Shown here: positions 45,077 through 54,308 of the stretch, piece by piece | How the letters are laid out: every line of letters starts with the position of its first letter | How positions within the stretch are numbered: the stretch's first letter is position 1 | Origin: an uncultured Pseudomonadota bacterium | GTDB taxonomy: Bacteria; Pseudomonadota; Alphaproteobacteria; Rs-D84 | Length of the DNA: 64,000 bases | Assembly: GCA_900320405.1 (NCBI GenBank) | Contig: OOHM01000002.1 | Location: 159,211-223,210 of the forward strand | Reading direction: 5' to 3' | Notes under the pieces: model-generated | Databases searched by the model: none | What the model was told of the DNA's origin: nothing | What the model saw: only the letters and a program-made list of their open reading frames with translations | Translations under genes and position numbers: made by a program

Positions 45077-46603
45077 ATGAAAAGTTTTACACATATTATT
45101 TTGGGGATTTTATGTGTTTTCTTACCACGCGTATGCGTGGGGTTGGTTGTTTCCGGGGATTATGTTTTTGGCAATGATGCGGATATAAATGAAGAAATTC
45201 ATATTACCGATTCGGGTGTGATAACAAATTACGGCACGTTAAGTGGAAAAATAAAAATTGATTCTGGATTAACGGTCACTTTTCAAAACTTTGGTATTGT
45301 GACATCTGTGTTTGATGTTTCTGGTGGTGCATCAATTGTTCAGAATGTGACATCAATGGATGATTTACACGGTTTAGGAAGTTTGTCGGGCTACATTGTT
45401 CATGTGAATACCAGAAATCCAGACGATACAAAAAACAAAATAGATTTGTCTGCATTTATAGATATGGTTGCCGGTGCAATCAGTGTAGATGTTGAATCGG
45501 GGGCATTTATAATTGACGAAAATGTTCCAGATAATAATATACCAATCAGTGTGAATAACAATACCACTTTTTATATAAATGGTCTGCCGGGCGATTGGTC
45601 AAAACCTTTGGTCAAGGGTATTATTGGGACACCTTTTGTTGAAACACTAAATATTGATCCAATGTATGATGTGACGGTTGATTGGCATGGCCCAGATTTA
45701 TATTTGTTGGTTGTACGGAAAACAAATTATTCTGAAATTATGTCTGATAATAATTTGGGAAATTATTTAGACGATTTGCGTGATAAAAATTCGAATGATA
45801 AATTGTTGAAGGCTTTGGATGGCGCACCAGATAGACAAGCATTGAATAAAATTTTATCAAAATCTGTGCGGACAAAACCAATCAAATTAATGGATGTGCC
45901 GCGGTCAATAAATACTTTCTATGATTCTTTTGCCATTGATGATGTCGCATTCGGATTTATTGCGCGGCCGTTTTATATTGCGTCAAATGATTTTAGTTTT
46001 ATTGGTGGCGCGGCAAATGTGTCTGGAAATGTCGCCAAGAATACCGTTGGTACAATCGGGCTTCATGGTGGAATGTTAAAATATAGTGGTGATTACGATG
46101 ATTATTCGGGCGCGCTGTACGGCGGAAATATTGGTGTTCGATATATGGATGATGATTTTTATTTGCGCACATATGGCACGATATCGTATGCAATATTCAA
46201 AGATATAAACGCGTTTGATGGTGTGCGTATGATTCAAAATGTAAATGGTATCAATGGAATGGGGGTCTTTGATGCGGGGATTGTGTATCGTGTGTTGGAT
46301 GAATTAAAATTGATTCCATTTGTGGGTGCGCGGATTGATTACGCGTCTGTGTTGGATGATACGAAAGTTGATGCGACGGTGCGTGCAGGATTGAACGCCA
46401 ATGTTGATACGGATATGGACGGAAATAAATACAGGTTTGGGGCACGTTTGTTCGGGCAAACGGATGGCGCATTTTATGGCGGTATCTATACCGATATGAT
46501 GTCAACGGCCGATGGTGTCGGCGGTGGTGCGTCGGTCGGCGTATTGTACGATGATATGGGATTATCGTATAAATTAGAATTGAATATAAAATTTGAATTT
46601 TAA
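45077..46603 (+). CDS. Autotransporter-like outer-membrane protein: short passenger plus C-terminal beta-barrel ending ...NIKFEF
   Basis: Signal peptide MKSFTHIILGILCVFLP. Repetitive Gly/Asp-rich beta-strand pattern in the C-terminal ~280 aa with a terminal aromatic-x-Phe. The start at 45077 is chosen over the upstream extension of ORF 44942. Confidence 0.5.
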   Translation: MKSFTHIILGILCVFLPRVCVGLVVSGDYVFGNDADINEEIHITDSGVITNYGTLSGKIKIDSGLTVTFQNFGIVTSVFDVSGGASIVQNVTSMDDLHGLGSLSGYIVHVNTRNPDDTKNKIDLSAFIDMVAGAISVDVESGAFIIDENVPDNNIPISVNNNTTFYINGLPGDWSKPLVKGIIGTPFVETLNIDPMYDVTVDWHGPDLYLLVVRKTNYSEIMSDNNLGNYLDDLRDKNSNDKLLKALDGAPDRQALNKILSKSVRTKPIKLMDVPRSINTFYDSFAIDDVAFGFIARPFYIASNDFSFIGGAANVSGNVAKNTVGTIGLHGGMLKYSGDYDDYSGALYGGNIGVRYMDDDFYLRTYGTISYAIFKDINAFDGVRMIQNVNGINGMGVFDAGIVYRVLDELKLIPFVGARIDYASVLDDTKVDATVRAGLNANVDTDMDGNKYRFGARLFGQTDGAFYGGIYTDMMSTADGVGGGASVGVLYDDMGLSYKLELNIKFEF

Positions 46604-47916
46604 TCTGAAACTATTTTACCACGCAGCGATGCGCGATTCGCGCCGGTAATTTTTATTTTTGCCATTGTTGGCGCGTTTTTGTCCGTCGGTTTTGCGACTA
46701 TGCATTGTTGCATATACGGTGTCCGATAGAGCAGGTGTCGTCCGGTTTTGTCCGAACCTTCACATAAACACATAAATTCTTTATCGACACAAGATTCGTT
46801 AAATTCGCGTTGAATTTCGTTTAATGTGTTATCCAATATGGCAAGTCTTTCGCGTTTTATATTTTCGGGTATTTGATTCGGCATCGTTGCCGCCGCCGTA
46901 TGTGGGCGTGGCGAATATTTGAACGAATAAGAATTTATATAACGCACCCGACGCGCGATATCCAATGTTTGTTCGAAATCTTCGTCTGTTTCGCCCGGAA
47001 ACCCAACGATGAAATCAGACGAGATTTGTATGTCGGGGCGTGCCGCGCGCAATTTATCAATGATTTCCAAATATGCATCCAGACTGTATGGACGGTTCAT
47101 TCGGCGCAAAACATCGGGCGAACCGCTTTGAATTGGCATATTCAGAAATGGCAATAATTTTGTTTCGACCGCAAACATTTGAATAAGATCGTCTGTCATT
47201 TCTGTTGGATAACTGGATGTGAAGCGTATACGGCGTATTTCCGGCATTTTTGCCGTTGCGCGAATCAAATCAGATAAACGATATGTCTTTCCGTTTTCGT
47301 CGGTGTATTTATATCCGTTCACATTTTGCCCAAGGAAACAAATCTCGACTGCGCCGGTTTTTGCGGCCGTGATTGTGTCGCGCACAACATCATCATAAGA
47401 CCGTGAGATTTCGCGACCGCGTGTAAAGGGGACAATACAATATGTACAGCAATGATTGCATCCTTCTTGGATTGGAATATATGATACAACCGGTGCGGTC
47501 GTCATTTGTGGCAGCTCATCAAATTTTTCCAATCCGGTTAAGTCAATGTTTAATAACCGTGTGTCCGGGTCATCCAATATCATCGGTAATTTATGATAAC
47601 TTTGTGGCCCCAAAACAAAGTTCAATTCGGGGATGCGATTGAATGCCTTGGCGCCCGCTTCACGTGCAACACACCCAACAATACCGAAAATGGCATCGGG
47701 CCGTTTCGTGTCGCGTATGCGACCCAATTCGGAAAATACTTTATTGGTTGCCTTTTCACGAACCGAACAAGTGTTCAGTATTATTATGTCCGCGTCCGCA
47801 ATATCTGTGGTTGCCGTCATTCCGCGTGAATCCAACATGGCGGCGATACGCCAACTGTCGTATACATTCATTTGACAACCAAATGTTTTAATAAAGTATT
47901 TTTTTTGTTTTGACAT
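46600..47916 (-). CDS. miaB: tRNA-2-methylthio-N6-dimethylallyladenosine synthase MiaB (radical SAM methylthiotransferase)
   Basis: FGCQMNVYDS (MTTase N-terminus), radical-SAM motif CNHCCTYC, and a TRAM domain at the C-terminus. Confidence 0.92.
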   Translation of the reverse strand: MSKQKKYFIKTFGCQMNVYDSWRIAAMLDSRGMTATTDIADADIIILNTCSVREKATNKVFSELGRIRDTKRPDAIFGIVGCVAREAGAKAFNRIPELNFVLGPQSYHKLPMILDDPDTRLLNIDLTGLEKFDELPQMTTAPVVSYIPIQEGCNHCCTYCIVPFTRGREISRSYDDVVRDTITAAKTGAVEICFLGQNVNGYKYTDENGKTYRLSDLIRATAKMPEIRRIRFTSSYPTEMTDDLIQMFAVETKLLPFLNMPIQSGSPDVLRRMNRPYSLDAYLEIIDKLRAARPDIQISSDFIVGFPGETDEDFEQTLDIARRVRYINSYSFKYSPRPHTAAATMPNQIPENIKRERLAILDNTLNEIQREFNESCVDKEFMCLCEGSDKTGRHLLYRTPYMQQCIVAKPTDKNAPTMAKIKITGANRASLRGKIVSD

Positions 47917-47928
47917 TTTTTTGATTAT

Positions 47929-48087
47929 TTATCGTGTTTGCAATTTCTTTTCGGTCGCCTTTATTAAACGGTCGCGTGCCATTAAAAATTTTTCAGGAAC
48001 CACACTTGATTCCATTGGAACCAATTCATAACTTTGACCAAAAATAACATCATAATTAAACTTCAATATATAAAGTGTGTTTTTCAT
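47929..48087 (-). CDS. Small hypothetical ORF (52 aa), not in the ORF track
   Basis: ATG at 48087 preceded by aaggaag at good spacing. MKNTLYILKFNYDVIFGQSYELVPMESSVVPEKFLMARDRLIKATEKKLQTR. Lies between the hypothetical 48100-48453 gene and miaB on the same strand. Confidence 0.35.
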   Translation of the reverse strand: MKNTLYILKFNYDVIFGQSYELVPMESSVVPEKFLMARDRLIKATEKKLQTR

Positions 48088-48099
48088 TTTTTCTTCCTT

Positions 48100-48453
48100 T
48101 TATTTACATTTTGTTCGATTCAAGAATCTTTGTCTGTATATTTGTTTTGTTTGATTAAATTGTTTCAATGGATGTCGCATATTAAATTCTGGTTTAGTTT
48201 TTTCGGTTTTTTGATTAAGTAATAAAATTTCGCGGTTCAGTATAGAAACTTTTTGTAAATATTTCGCGATAATTTTTTCCGCAAAATTTGCGATATCCAT
48301 ACGTTCCACCGGTTGCCCGACATCGGCGATAATCAGTGTCGCATTTTGCATATTGTCCGTTGTTGCAATTCCGTGTATACGCAATGATTCCGCCAATTTT
48401 TGGCGCATCGTGGCATCAACGCTTGGTGCAATAAACACGATAACATTGTTCAT
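48100..48453 (-). CDS. Hypothetical protein (117 aa) between gatB and miaB
   Basis: Open frame. Its start abuts the gatB stop by 4 nt. No recognisable domain. Confidence 0.45.
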   Translation of the reverse strand: MNNVIVFIAPSVDATMRQKLAESLRIHGIATTDNMQNATLIIADVGQPVERMDIANFAEKIIAKYLQKVSILNREILLLNQKTEKTKPEFNMRHPLKQFNQTKQIYRQRFLNRTKCK

Positions 48454-48456
48454 ATT

Positions 48457-49977
48457 TTATCCCAATTTCTTTTTCAATATTTCGTTTACAACGGCCGGAT
48501 TCGCTTTGCCGGCAGATGCCTTCATAACATTTCCAACAAAGAATCCAAATAATCCCACTTTGCCAGATTTATATTGTTCAACCTGGAGGCCGTTTTTGGC
48601 GATAACTTCGTCAATAATTTTTTCAATGGCGCCGGTATCGGTGATTTGCTTCATACCAAATTTGTCGGCGATTGCACGCGGCGCGCCATCTTCACCGTCC
48701 AACATTTTGATAAATATGTCTTTGGCCTGTTTGCCGTTGATTTCATTCGATGCGACCATATCAACCAATTCTGCCAAATCAGACGGGGTAATAATGCGCA
48801 TACCGTCAACAATCCCGGATTTTTCATTTGTAATGTCATAGTTTTCCGGGTGTGCGAATAATTCAGAAATCATCCAATTTGCAACGCCTTTGGCTCGCTC
48901 TGTTTTGGTGCCCACAGCCGCATCGAACCAGTGTGATATATCAACCGTTTCGGTTAAACGCGCCGCGTCATATTCCGCCAAACCAAATTTTTCAATATAG
49001 CGTGCGCGTGTTGCCGCCGGTAATTCTGGCATAGTTTTTCTGATGCGTTCGATTTGTTCGTCCGAGATAACCAATGGCAACAAATCCGGGTCCGGGAAAT
49101 AACGGTAATCTAACGCATCTTCTTTGCTGCGCATCACGGATGTTGTGCCGTCACCTTGGTTATAACGCATAGTGCAACGTTCAACTGTGCCGCCATTTTC
49201 CAGTATTTCTATTTGACGTTTGGCCTCGTATTCAATGGCGTTTTTGATAAATTTGAAAGACACCATATTTTTGATTTCGCAACGTTCGTTGAAATATTTT
49301 GCGCCCACGGGTCGCACCGAAACATTGACATCGGCACGCATAGAACCTTCTTCCATATTCGCGTGTGATACGCCCAGTGCGCGGGCGATTTCACGGATTT
49401 GGCGCAGGTATTTTTCTGCTTCATCGGGTGACGAGATATACGAATTATTTTCTGGATTTTTTACATCCAAGAAGGTGACGATTTCCAACAACGCAACGCC
49501 GGTGCGATTATAGTCTGCAAAAGATTTTGTTGGATGAACATCGTGTTTTAATTTACCGGCGTCTTGTTCCAAATGCGCGCGTTCAATTAAAATCTTTTTG
49601 GGGTTCCCGTCATCGCCAATAATTTCAACCCATCCGCGTCCAACAACCGGTGGTTCTTCTGCGGGTTGTGAAATCTGGTAACCCTGGGGCAGGTCGGGAT
49701 AAAAATATTGTTTACGGGCAAAACGGCTGACCCGGGAAATTTCGGCGTTTATCCCAAGGCCGAATTTAATCGCCTGGTCGACACAGTATTCGTTCAAAAC
49801 AGGCAACATTCCCGGCATGGCGACATCAACCATGGAAACCTGGGTATTAGGGGAAACGGTTGGATTATAGTCCGCCGATGCACCACTGAAAATTTTACTG
49901 TTGGACAATACTTCAATGTGAGTTTCCAACCCAATTACAACTTCCCAATCACCCGATTTGCCTTTTATTGTGAACAT
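48457..49977 (-). CDS. gatB: Asp-tRNA(Asn)/Glu-tRNA(Gln) amidotransferase subunit B
   Basis: MFTIKGKSGDWEVVIGLETHIEV... conserved GatB N-terminus and a C-terminal YqeY-like domain. The track's longer ORF (to 50058) runs antisense through tRNA-Phe and is rejected. Confidence 0.92.
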   Translation of the reverse strand: MFTIKGKSGDWEVVIGLETHIEVLSNSKIFSGASADYNPTVSPNTQVSMVDVAMPGMLPVLNEYCVDQAIKFGLGINAEISRVSRFARKQYFYPDLPQGYQISQPAEEPPVVGRGWVEIIGDDGNPKKILIERAHLEQDAGKLKHDVHPTKSFADYNRTGVALLEIVTFLDVKNPENNSYISSPDEAEKYLRQIREIARALGVSHANMEEGSMRADVNVSVRPVGAKYFNERCEIKNMVSFKFIKNAIEYEAKRQIEILENGGTVERCTMRYNQGDGTTSVMRSKEDALDYRYFPDPDLLPLVISDEQIERIRKTMPELPAATRARYIEKFGLAEYDAARLTETVDISHWFDAAVGTKTERAKGVANWMISELFAHPENYDITNEKSGIVDGMRIITPSDLAELVDMVASNEINGKQAKDIFIKMLDGEDGAPRAIADKFGMKQITDTGAIEKIIDEVIAKNGLQVEQYKSGKVGLFGFFVGNVMKASAGKANPAVVNEILKKKLG

Positions 49978-50031
49978 TTTTCTTTTTCCTTGCTTTTTTG
50001 TTTTTCGTATCTTATTATGTACCCCGCGGAT

Positions 50032-50107
50032 GGCCAGATAGCTCAGTTGGTAGAGCAAGGGACTGAAAATCCCTGTGTCAGTGGTTCGATTCCACTTCTG
50101 GCCACCA
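50032..50107 (+). tRNA. tRNA-Phe (anticodon GAA)
   Basis: Acceptor GGCCAGA/TCTGGCC, D-arm TAGCTCAGTTGGTAGAGC, anticodon stem AGGGA/TCCCT with loop CTGAAAA, T-arm GGTTCGATTCC, encoded CCA. Confidence 0.92.
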
Positions 50108-50170
50108 CTTTTTTATTGCTCTTTTTTCCGTACATTGAACTAATCCTAATAGATTGCCCACCGCCAGGTG

Positions 50171-51637
50171 TTATTTTCCCATTATTTTTGTTGGTCGGTT
50201 GTCGACGTTTGCGAATTGTTCGATATGCCGCGCCAATTGCAACACGCGAACATCATCAAACATTGGGCCCACAACCTGCATACCCAATGGCAAATTATTT
50301 GATGCCAAACCGCATGGCACACTTACCGCCGGCACGCCCGCCAAATTCATCGCAACCGTGAACAAATCCAGTGCGTAATATTCCAGTGGTGTCATATCTG
50401 AATCCAGTGGCATCGCCGTTCCTGCACCCGATGGGCAAACAATTAAATCACATTGTTCGAATGCACGATTAAACGCGTCTGCAATCATACGGCGCACGCG
50501 TGCGGCCTGCATAAAGTATACCTCGTACGATTCGGATGATAACACCGCCGTGCCAATAATCATACGGCGTTTGACTTCGTCGCCAAAACCGGCGGCACGG
50601 GTCTTTTTATATGTGTCGACCAAATCGGTGCCTTCCACGCGCAGGCCATACCGCATACCATCATATCGCGCCAGATTCGATGATGCTTCGGCCGGGGCGA
50701 TAATATAATACGCCGCCAACGCATCCAAAATATTTGGAATGGAAACCTCTATAATTTCTGCGCCAATGGACTTTAAATCGGCGACGCGTTTTTCAAACAA
50801 TGTTTTCATATCGTTTGAAATTTTTACATTTGAAAATTCTTTGATTATACCGACACGCAATTTTTTGCCATCGCCCAGAATTGGTTGCAATGGCGTTATA
50901 AGGTTTAATTTAACATCTGCACTGGTCGAATCTTTGGGGTCATGCCCCGCCATTGCGGATAATAACAGTGCCGCGTCATCAACCGTTCGCGCGATTGGAC
51001 CGGGGGTGTCCAAACTGGATGCGAACGCAACGCAACCCCAACGCGAAGACAGACCGTATGTTGGTTTCATCCCAACCAGTCCGGTAATAGAGCAGGGAAA
51101 CCGTATCGAACCACCGGTGTCTGTGCCGGTTGCGCCCATTGCCATACCGGACGCGACCGCCGATGTTGAACCGCCCGATGAACCGCCGGCGGTTAAATGT
51201 TTTTCCATTTGCCACGGATTTACCGGTGCACCAAAGTAAGATGTTTTGGAAAAAGTTCCCATTGCGAATTCGTCCAAATTGGATTTTCCCAACAACACGG
51301 TTCCTGCATCGATAAATTTTTGTGAAACGGTCGATTCATATTCGGGGACAAAGTTTTCCAACATTCGCGAAGCGGCCGTTGTGCGAATACCACGCGTTGC
51401 GAATAAATCTTTCATTGCAATTGGAATCCCGTCCAGAATTTTTGCATCACCGTTTTTTATGCGTTCGTCCGCGGCGGCGGCATCCGCCAATGCGCGTTCG
51501 GCGGTGACCGTAATATACGCGTTTAATTCCGGATTATATTTTTCAATGCGGTCAAGGTGCGCGTGCGCAAGTTCGGTCGCGCTGATTTCTCCAGATTTTA
51601 ATTTCTGTAAAGCTTCGGTAATAGTTAGGTCTATCAT
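50171..51637 (-). CDS. gatA: Glutamyl-tRNA(Gln) amidotransferase subunit A (amidase signature)
   Basis: Amidase signature region GGSSGGSTSAVASG and an overall conserved GatA sequence. 488 aa. Confidence 0.92.
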   Translation of the reverse strand: MIDLTITEALQKLKSGEISATELAHAHLDRIEKYNPELNAYITVTAERALADAAAADERIKNGDAKILDGIPIAMKDLFATRGIRTTAASRMLENFVPEYESTVSQKFIDAGTVLLGKSNLDEFAMGTFSKTSYFGAPVNPWQMEKHLTAGGSSGGSTSAVASGMAMGATGTDTGGSIRFPCSITGLVGMKPTYGLSSRWGCVAFASSLDTPGPIARTVDDAALLLSAMAGHDPKDSTSADVKLNLITPLQPILGDGKKLRVGIIKEFSNVKISNDMKTLFEKRVADLKSIGAEIIEVSIPNILDALAAYYIIAPAEASSNLARYDGMRYGLRVEGTDLVDTYKKTRAAGFGDEVKRRMIIGTAVLSSESYEVYFMQAARVRRMIADAFNRAFEQCDLIVCPSGAGTAMPLDSDMTPLEYYALDLFTVAMNLAGVPAVSVPCGLASNNLPLGMQVVGPMFDDVRVLQLARHIEQFANVDNRPTKIMGK

Positions 51638-51639
51638 TT

Positions 51640-51936
51640 TTAATCTCCATCCATAACCTTGGGAACCGCGAAGTATCCACGGCTTACGCCCGATTTGTCG
51701 GGTGCATTTGCCATAACCGCATCGCGAATACCACCGTCGGTGACCGTGTCCGCCCGCCGGGGCAGGTTGTGCGTCGCCGGCGACAGCATTGGTTCAACCC
51801 CACGCGTATCAATTGCCTTTAATTTATCAATCCATTCAATAACGGAATCTATGTTCATTTGTTCCAATTTTTCATCGGAAATATCAATTTTGATAAGGTC
51901 TGCGAATTTATGTAATTGACTCTTGCTAAATGCCAT
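51640..51936 (-). CDS. gatC: Glutamyl-tRNA(Gln) amidotransferase subunit C
   Basis: 98 aa. MAFSKSQLHKFADLIKIDISDEKLEQ... is typical of GatC. Immediately upstream of gatA. Confidence 0.85.
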   Translation of the reverse strand: MAFSKSQLHKFADLIKIDISDEKLEQMNIDSVIEWIDKLKAIDTRGVEPMLSPATHNLPRRADTVTDGGIRDAVMANAPDKSGVSRGYFAVPKVMDGD

Positions 51937-51973
51937 TTTGAATCCTATATTTATACATAAAGGTGATTATACA

Positions 51974-52417
51974 ATGATTTTAGGCGATTTCAAGGTTTTT
52001 CCCCGTATTGGTCGATTGATTGGAATCGATTGGGGTGCACGGCGTACCGGTATTGCCATATCGGATGAAACGCGCAAATTTGTGTTTGCACGCGACCCGA
52101 TTGTAATGAAAAAATCCGACGAATTGGTGGACAAGATTTTGAATTTGGTTCGCGCGGAAAAAATTGCCGGGATTGTGATAGGGTTGCCCCTGCGAACCGA
52201 TGGATCGGAATCAGATACAACAAAAATGGTGCGCGAATTTGCGGAATCTTTGGCGACCGCGACCGATACACCGATTATATTTATAGATGAAACATTGTCA
52301 TCCACCGCGGCACAAGAAGAAATGGGGCGCGTGCGTGTGCGCGACATCAAAGAAAAACTGGATTCAAATGCCGCCCGATTAATATTGGAAAATGCAATCG
52401 CGATGATGGGGCGTTGA
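51974..52417 (+). CDS. ruvX: Putative pre-16S rRNA nuclease / Holliday-junction resolvase-like protein YqgF (RuvX)
   Basis: LIGIDWGARRTGIAISD and the RNase H-like YqgF fold. Confidence 0.85.
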   Translation: MILGDFKVFPRIGRLIGIDWGARRTGIAISDETRKFVFARDPIVMKKSDELVDKILNLVRAEKIAGIVIGLPLRTDGSESDTTKMVREFAESLATATDTPIIFIDETLSSTAAQEEMGRVRVRDIKEKLDSNAARLILENAIAMMGR

Positions 52418-52434
52418 TAGATTGTGTTTAGTAA

Positions 52435-52460
52435 AACCGGCGAGGATTTGCCGGTTTTTT
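52435..52460 (+). terminator. Rho-independent terminator after ruvX
   Basis: aaccggcg-aggattt-gccgg hairpin plus tttttt. Confidence 0.55.
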
Positions 52461-52469
52461 GTTTCGGCT

Positions 52470-52620
52470 GGTCAATTTAATCGTACCTTTTTGTCCAGTA
52501 CTTTTTTCAAAAATTATTTTCAGTAATTTCAATAGGTTATGTTTTGGCATAAGTACTGGTCAAAAAGGTACCTTTAATGCCATAATATATGTGTATAAAA
52601 CAAGCAAGAAAGGAAGGGAT
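52470..52620 (+). repeat. Cassette copy at 52.47 kb (complete). IR arms at 52482-52502 and 52552-52571 (1 mismatch), a 49-nt spacer and a promoter/RBS region up to the ATG at 52621.
   Basis: About 95% identical to 28565-28718 over ~150 bp, in both the IR unit and the downstream cataata...tgtgtataaaacaagca...aggaaggg segment. Confidence 0.75.
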
Positions 52621-53190
52621 ATGAGGATTCCATTTTTAACATTTGGTGCAATTGCATCCGTTTTAACAATCAATTCATCATTTGGGGTATCGTCCACGGT
52701 GACGTCGCGGGGGTATGTTGATGCGGCGGTTGCAACCAAACAGGCGATAATACCGGCCCAGTCGGGTGATTATGTCGTAATGTATCCAAATGACGATAAC
52801 GGCGATGATGATGGCGCGATTGGTATGCGACAAATTATCACCGATGTTGATAATTATAACGATGGCAATGAATTGGTGACGGTTGGTGCGATAAACAATG
52901 CACTGCAAGACAAACAGGATATTATTCCTGCGGGGACCAGTGGTAATTTGGTGACATATACCGGAACGGCGGGTTCGGTTGGTTCGGCATCGGTTTATAA
53001 TGCATCGAATTCATACAGCGGTCAAACCACCGCGTTGGTCCAGGCGCAACATGTGAACGCCGCGGCAATGAATGCGTTTAACGCGCATTTGACATGTAAT
53101 ACATACGATACCAGTGGAACCCAAACGGCGGAACACTGTTTATTGTGGAGTGTGAATAATTTATCAGGCACGTATGTTCCGGGAAATTAA
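52621..53190 (+). CDS. Secreted Gly/Ser/Thr/Asn-rich protein, member of the polymorphic family (signal peptide MRIPFLTFGAIASVLTINSS)
   Basis: N-terminus nearly identical to the 28719 gene for ~25 codons. Motifs STVTSRGYVDAAVATKQAIIPA and a repeated ALQDKQDIIPAGTSGNLVTYTG. A single Cys pair includes HCLLWSV. Confidence 0.7.
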   Translation: MRIPFLTFGAIASVLTINSSFGVSSTVTSRGYVDAAVATKQAIIPAQSGDYVVMYPNDDNGDDDGAIGMRQIITDVDNYNDGNELVTVGAINNALQDKQDIIPAGTSGNLVTYTGTAGSVGSASVYNASNSYSGQTTALVQAQHVNAAAMNAFNAHLTCNTYDTSGTQTAEHCLLWSVNNLSGTYVPGN

Positions 53191-53221
53191 CGGTTGGCGA
53201 TGATAATCAAAGGAATGTACA

Positions 53222-54256
53222 ATGAATACAAAATTATTATTACCCATAATTGCAATGACGATAATCCCGGTTGTGTATGCGGACACCGTTACGGTAACCA
53301 GTCAGGATTATGTTGATAATGTTATGAATACAAAACAAAATAAAATTGCGGCCACATCCGGTGACCGGGTTGTGACATATTCGACCACGGCGGGTCAAAC
53401 GGGTTCGCGCGCGATATTGGACGATTTGTCGGGCACGACAACAACGGATATGAACCTGGCCACGGCGATGGCGGCGGGAGATGCCGTATTCAGTAAAAAT
53501 CAACAGGTGTTAAACATTGGCGCGCCAAATGTGTTGACATATTATGGCAATAATATAACATGGGGGGCATTGACGGCGACACCGATATATAATAACACGG
53601 TAAACACATTTTCCAATGGGTTGGTGGATGCGGCGACGTTAAATACGGCAATGACGGTGGCGGCAAATAACGAAATGGTGTGCAGTGAATATGCCCCTGG
53701 TATGCCGGAAACAGATGCGAATTGCATGCTGTGGGAAATAAACACGGCGGCGACGAATCCATTGAACACTACGGCATATTTGCCGGCGAATGTAAATGGG
53801 ACATCGTATTGTTATAAATCGCATAATGGCAATAATAATTCTAGTGGTAAATGTTCAACAACGATGTATAATGCATTTAACAAGGGTGATTGGGGCACGG
53901 TGTTTTCGTATGGCACGGTGACGGGTATAAGTGTATGCAGCGATATAGAACCGTCAATAAAATGGGACTATGATGATGGGGAAAGCCAATGGACCAAATA
54001 CCTGTCGTATCAGGTATCAACAAATCAAAGCGGTGTGCAATCACAATACGATGCATGGGTGTCGGGGGGCCGTTCCGCAACGCCCGTTGGTGGGTATTGT
54101 TATTGTAAATTAACAAATCCATCTGTTTCGGCGGCGCGCTGGGTGTTCAGGATCTCGTACTCCGTTTCGGACTGTGCGAACCTCTGTACGTACTACTGCA
54201 CGAACGCCGTTCGGACCGACGCCGAATTCCGTGGGGCCGTCTTCGGGGCGCAATAG
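53222..54256 (+). CDS. Secreted protein (344 aa), a divergent tandem paralog of the polymorphic family without the cassette
   Basis: Signal peptide MNTKLLLPIIAMTIIPVVYA. Motifs DTVTVTSQDYVDNVMNTKQNKIAATSGDRVVTYS and NCMLWEI. Cys-rich C-terminus. Own RBS aaaggaatg. Confidence 0.65.
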   Translation: MNTKLLLPIIAMTIIPVVYADTVTVTSQDYVDNVMNTKQNKIAATSGDRVVTYSTTAGQTGSRAILDDLSGTTTTDMNLATAMAAGDAVFSKNQQVLNIGAPNVLTYYGNNITWGALTATPIYNNTVNTFSNGLVDAATLNTAMTVAANNEMVCSEYAPGMPETDANCMLWEINTAATNPLNTTAYLPANVNGTSYCYKSHNGNNNSSGKCSTTMYNAFNKGDWGTVFSYGTVTGISVCSDIEPSIKWDYDDGESQWTKYLSYQVSTNQSGVQSQYDAWVSGGRSATPVGGYCYCKLTNPSVSAARWVFRISYSVSDCANLCTYYCTNAVRTDAEFRGAVFGAQ

Positions 54257-54279
54257 GGAACATTTTGTCACAAATAAAA

Positions 54280-54301
54280 ACGCCCAATCGGGCGTTTTTT
54301 A
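54280..54301 (+). terminator. Rho-independent (bidirectional) terminator
   Basis: acgccc-aatc-gggcgt hairpin with a T-run on + and an A-run upstream. Confidence 0.55.
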
Positions 54302-54308
54302 CTAACCA

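Noticed and set aside
43394-50107. tRNA-Lys and tRNA-Phe as island integration sites
   Set aside because: Neither tRNA 3' end is followed by an integrase, and no direct repeat of the tRNA 3' end is visible. tRNA-Lys adjoins an M23 peptidase gene, and tRNA-Phe adjoins gatB and gatA. The surface-protein genes near tRNA-Lys lie on its 5' side.
49708-50361. 217-aa + strand ORF, plus the N-terminal extension of the gatB ORF to 50058
   Set aside because: Both run through the tRNA-Phe gene (50032-50107), on the sense and antisense strand respectively. The translation MLYQLSYLAIRG is the classic tRNA-antisense artefact. gatB starts at the ATG at 49977 (MFTIKGK...).
16644-52620. Possibility that the three repeat copies represent a CRISPR array or IS element
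   Set aside because: The copies are 12-24 kb apart, not in an array. There are no short regular spacers and no cas genes. There is no transposase ORF and no repeat unit longer than ~150 bp. The small-IR cassette described in the findings fits better.
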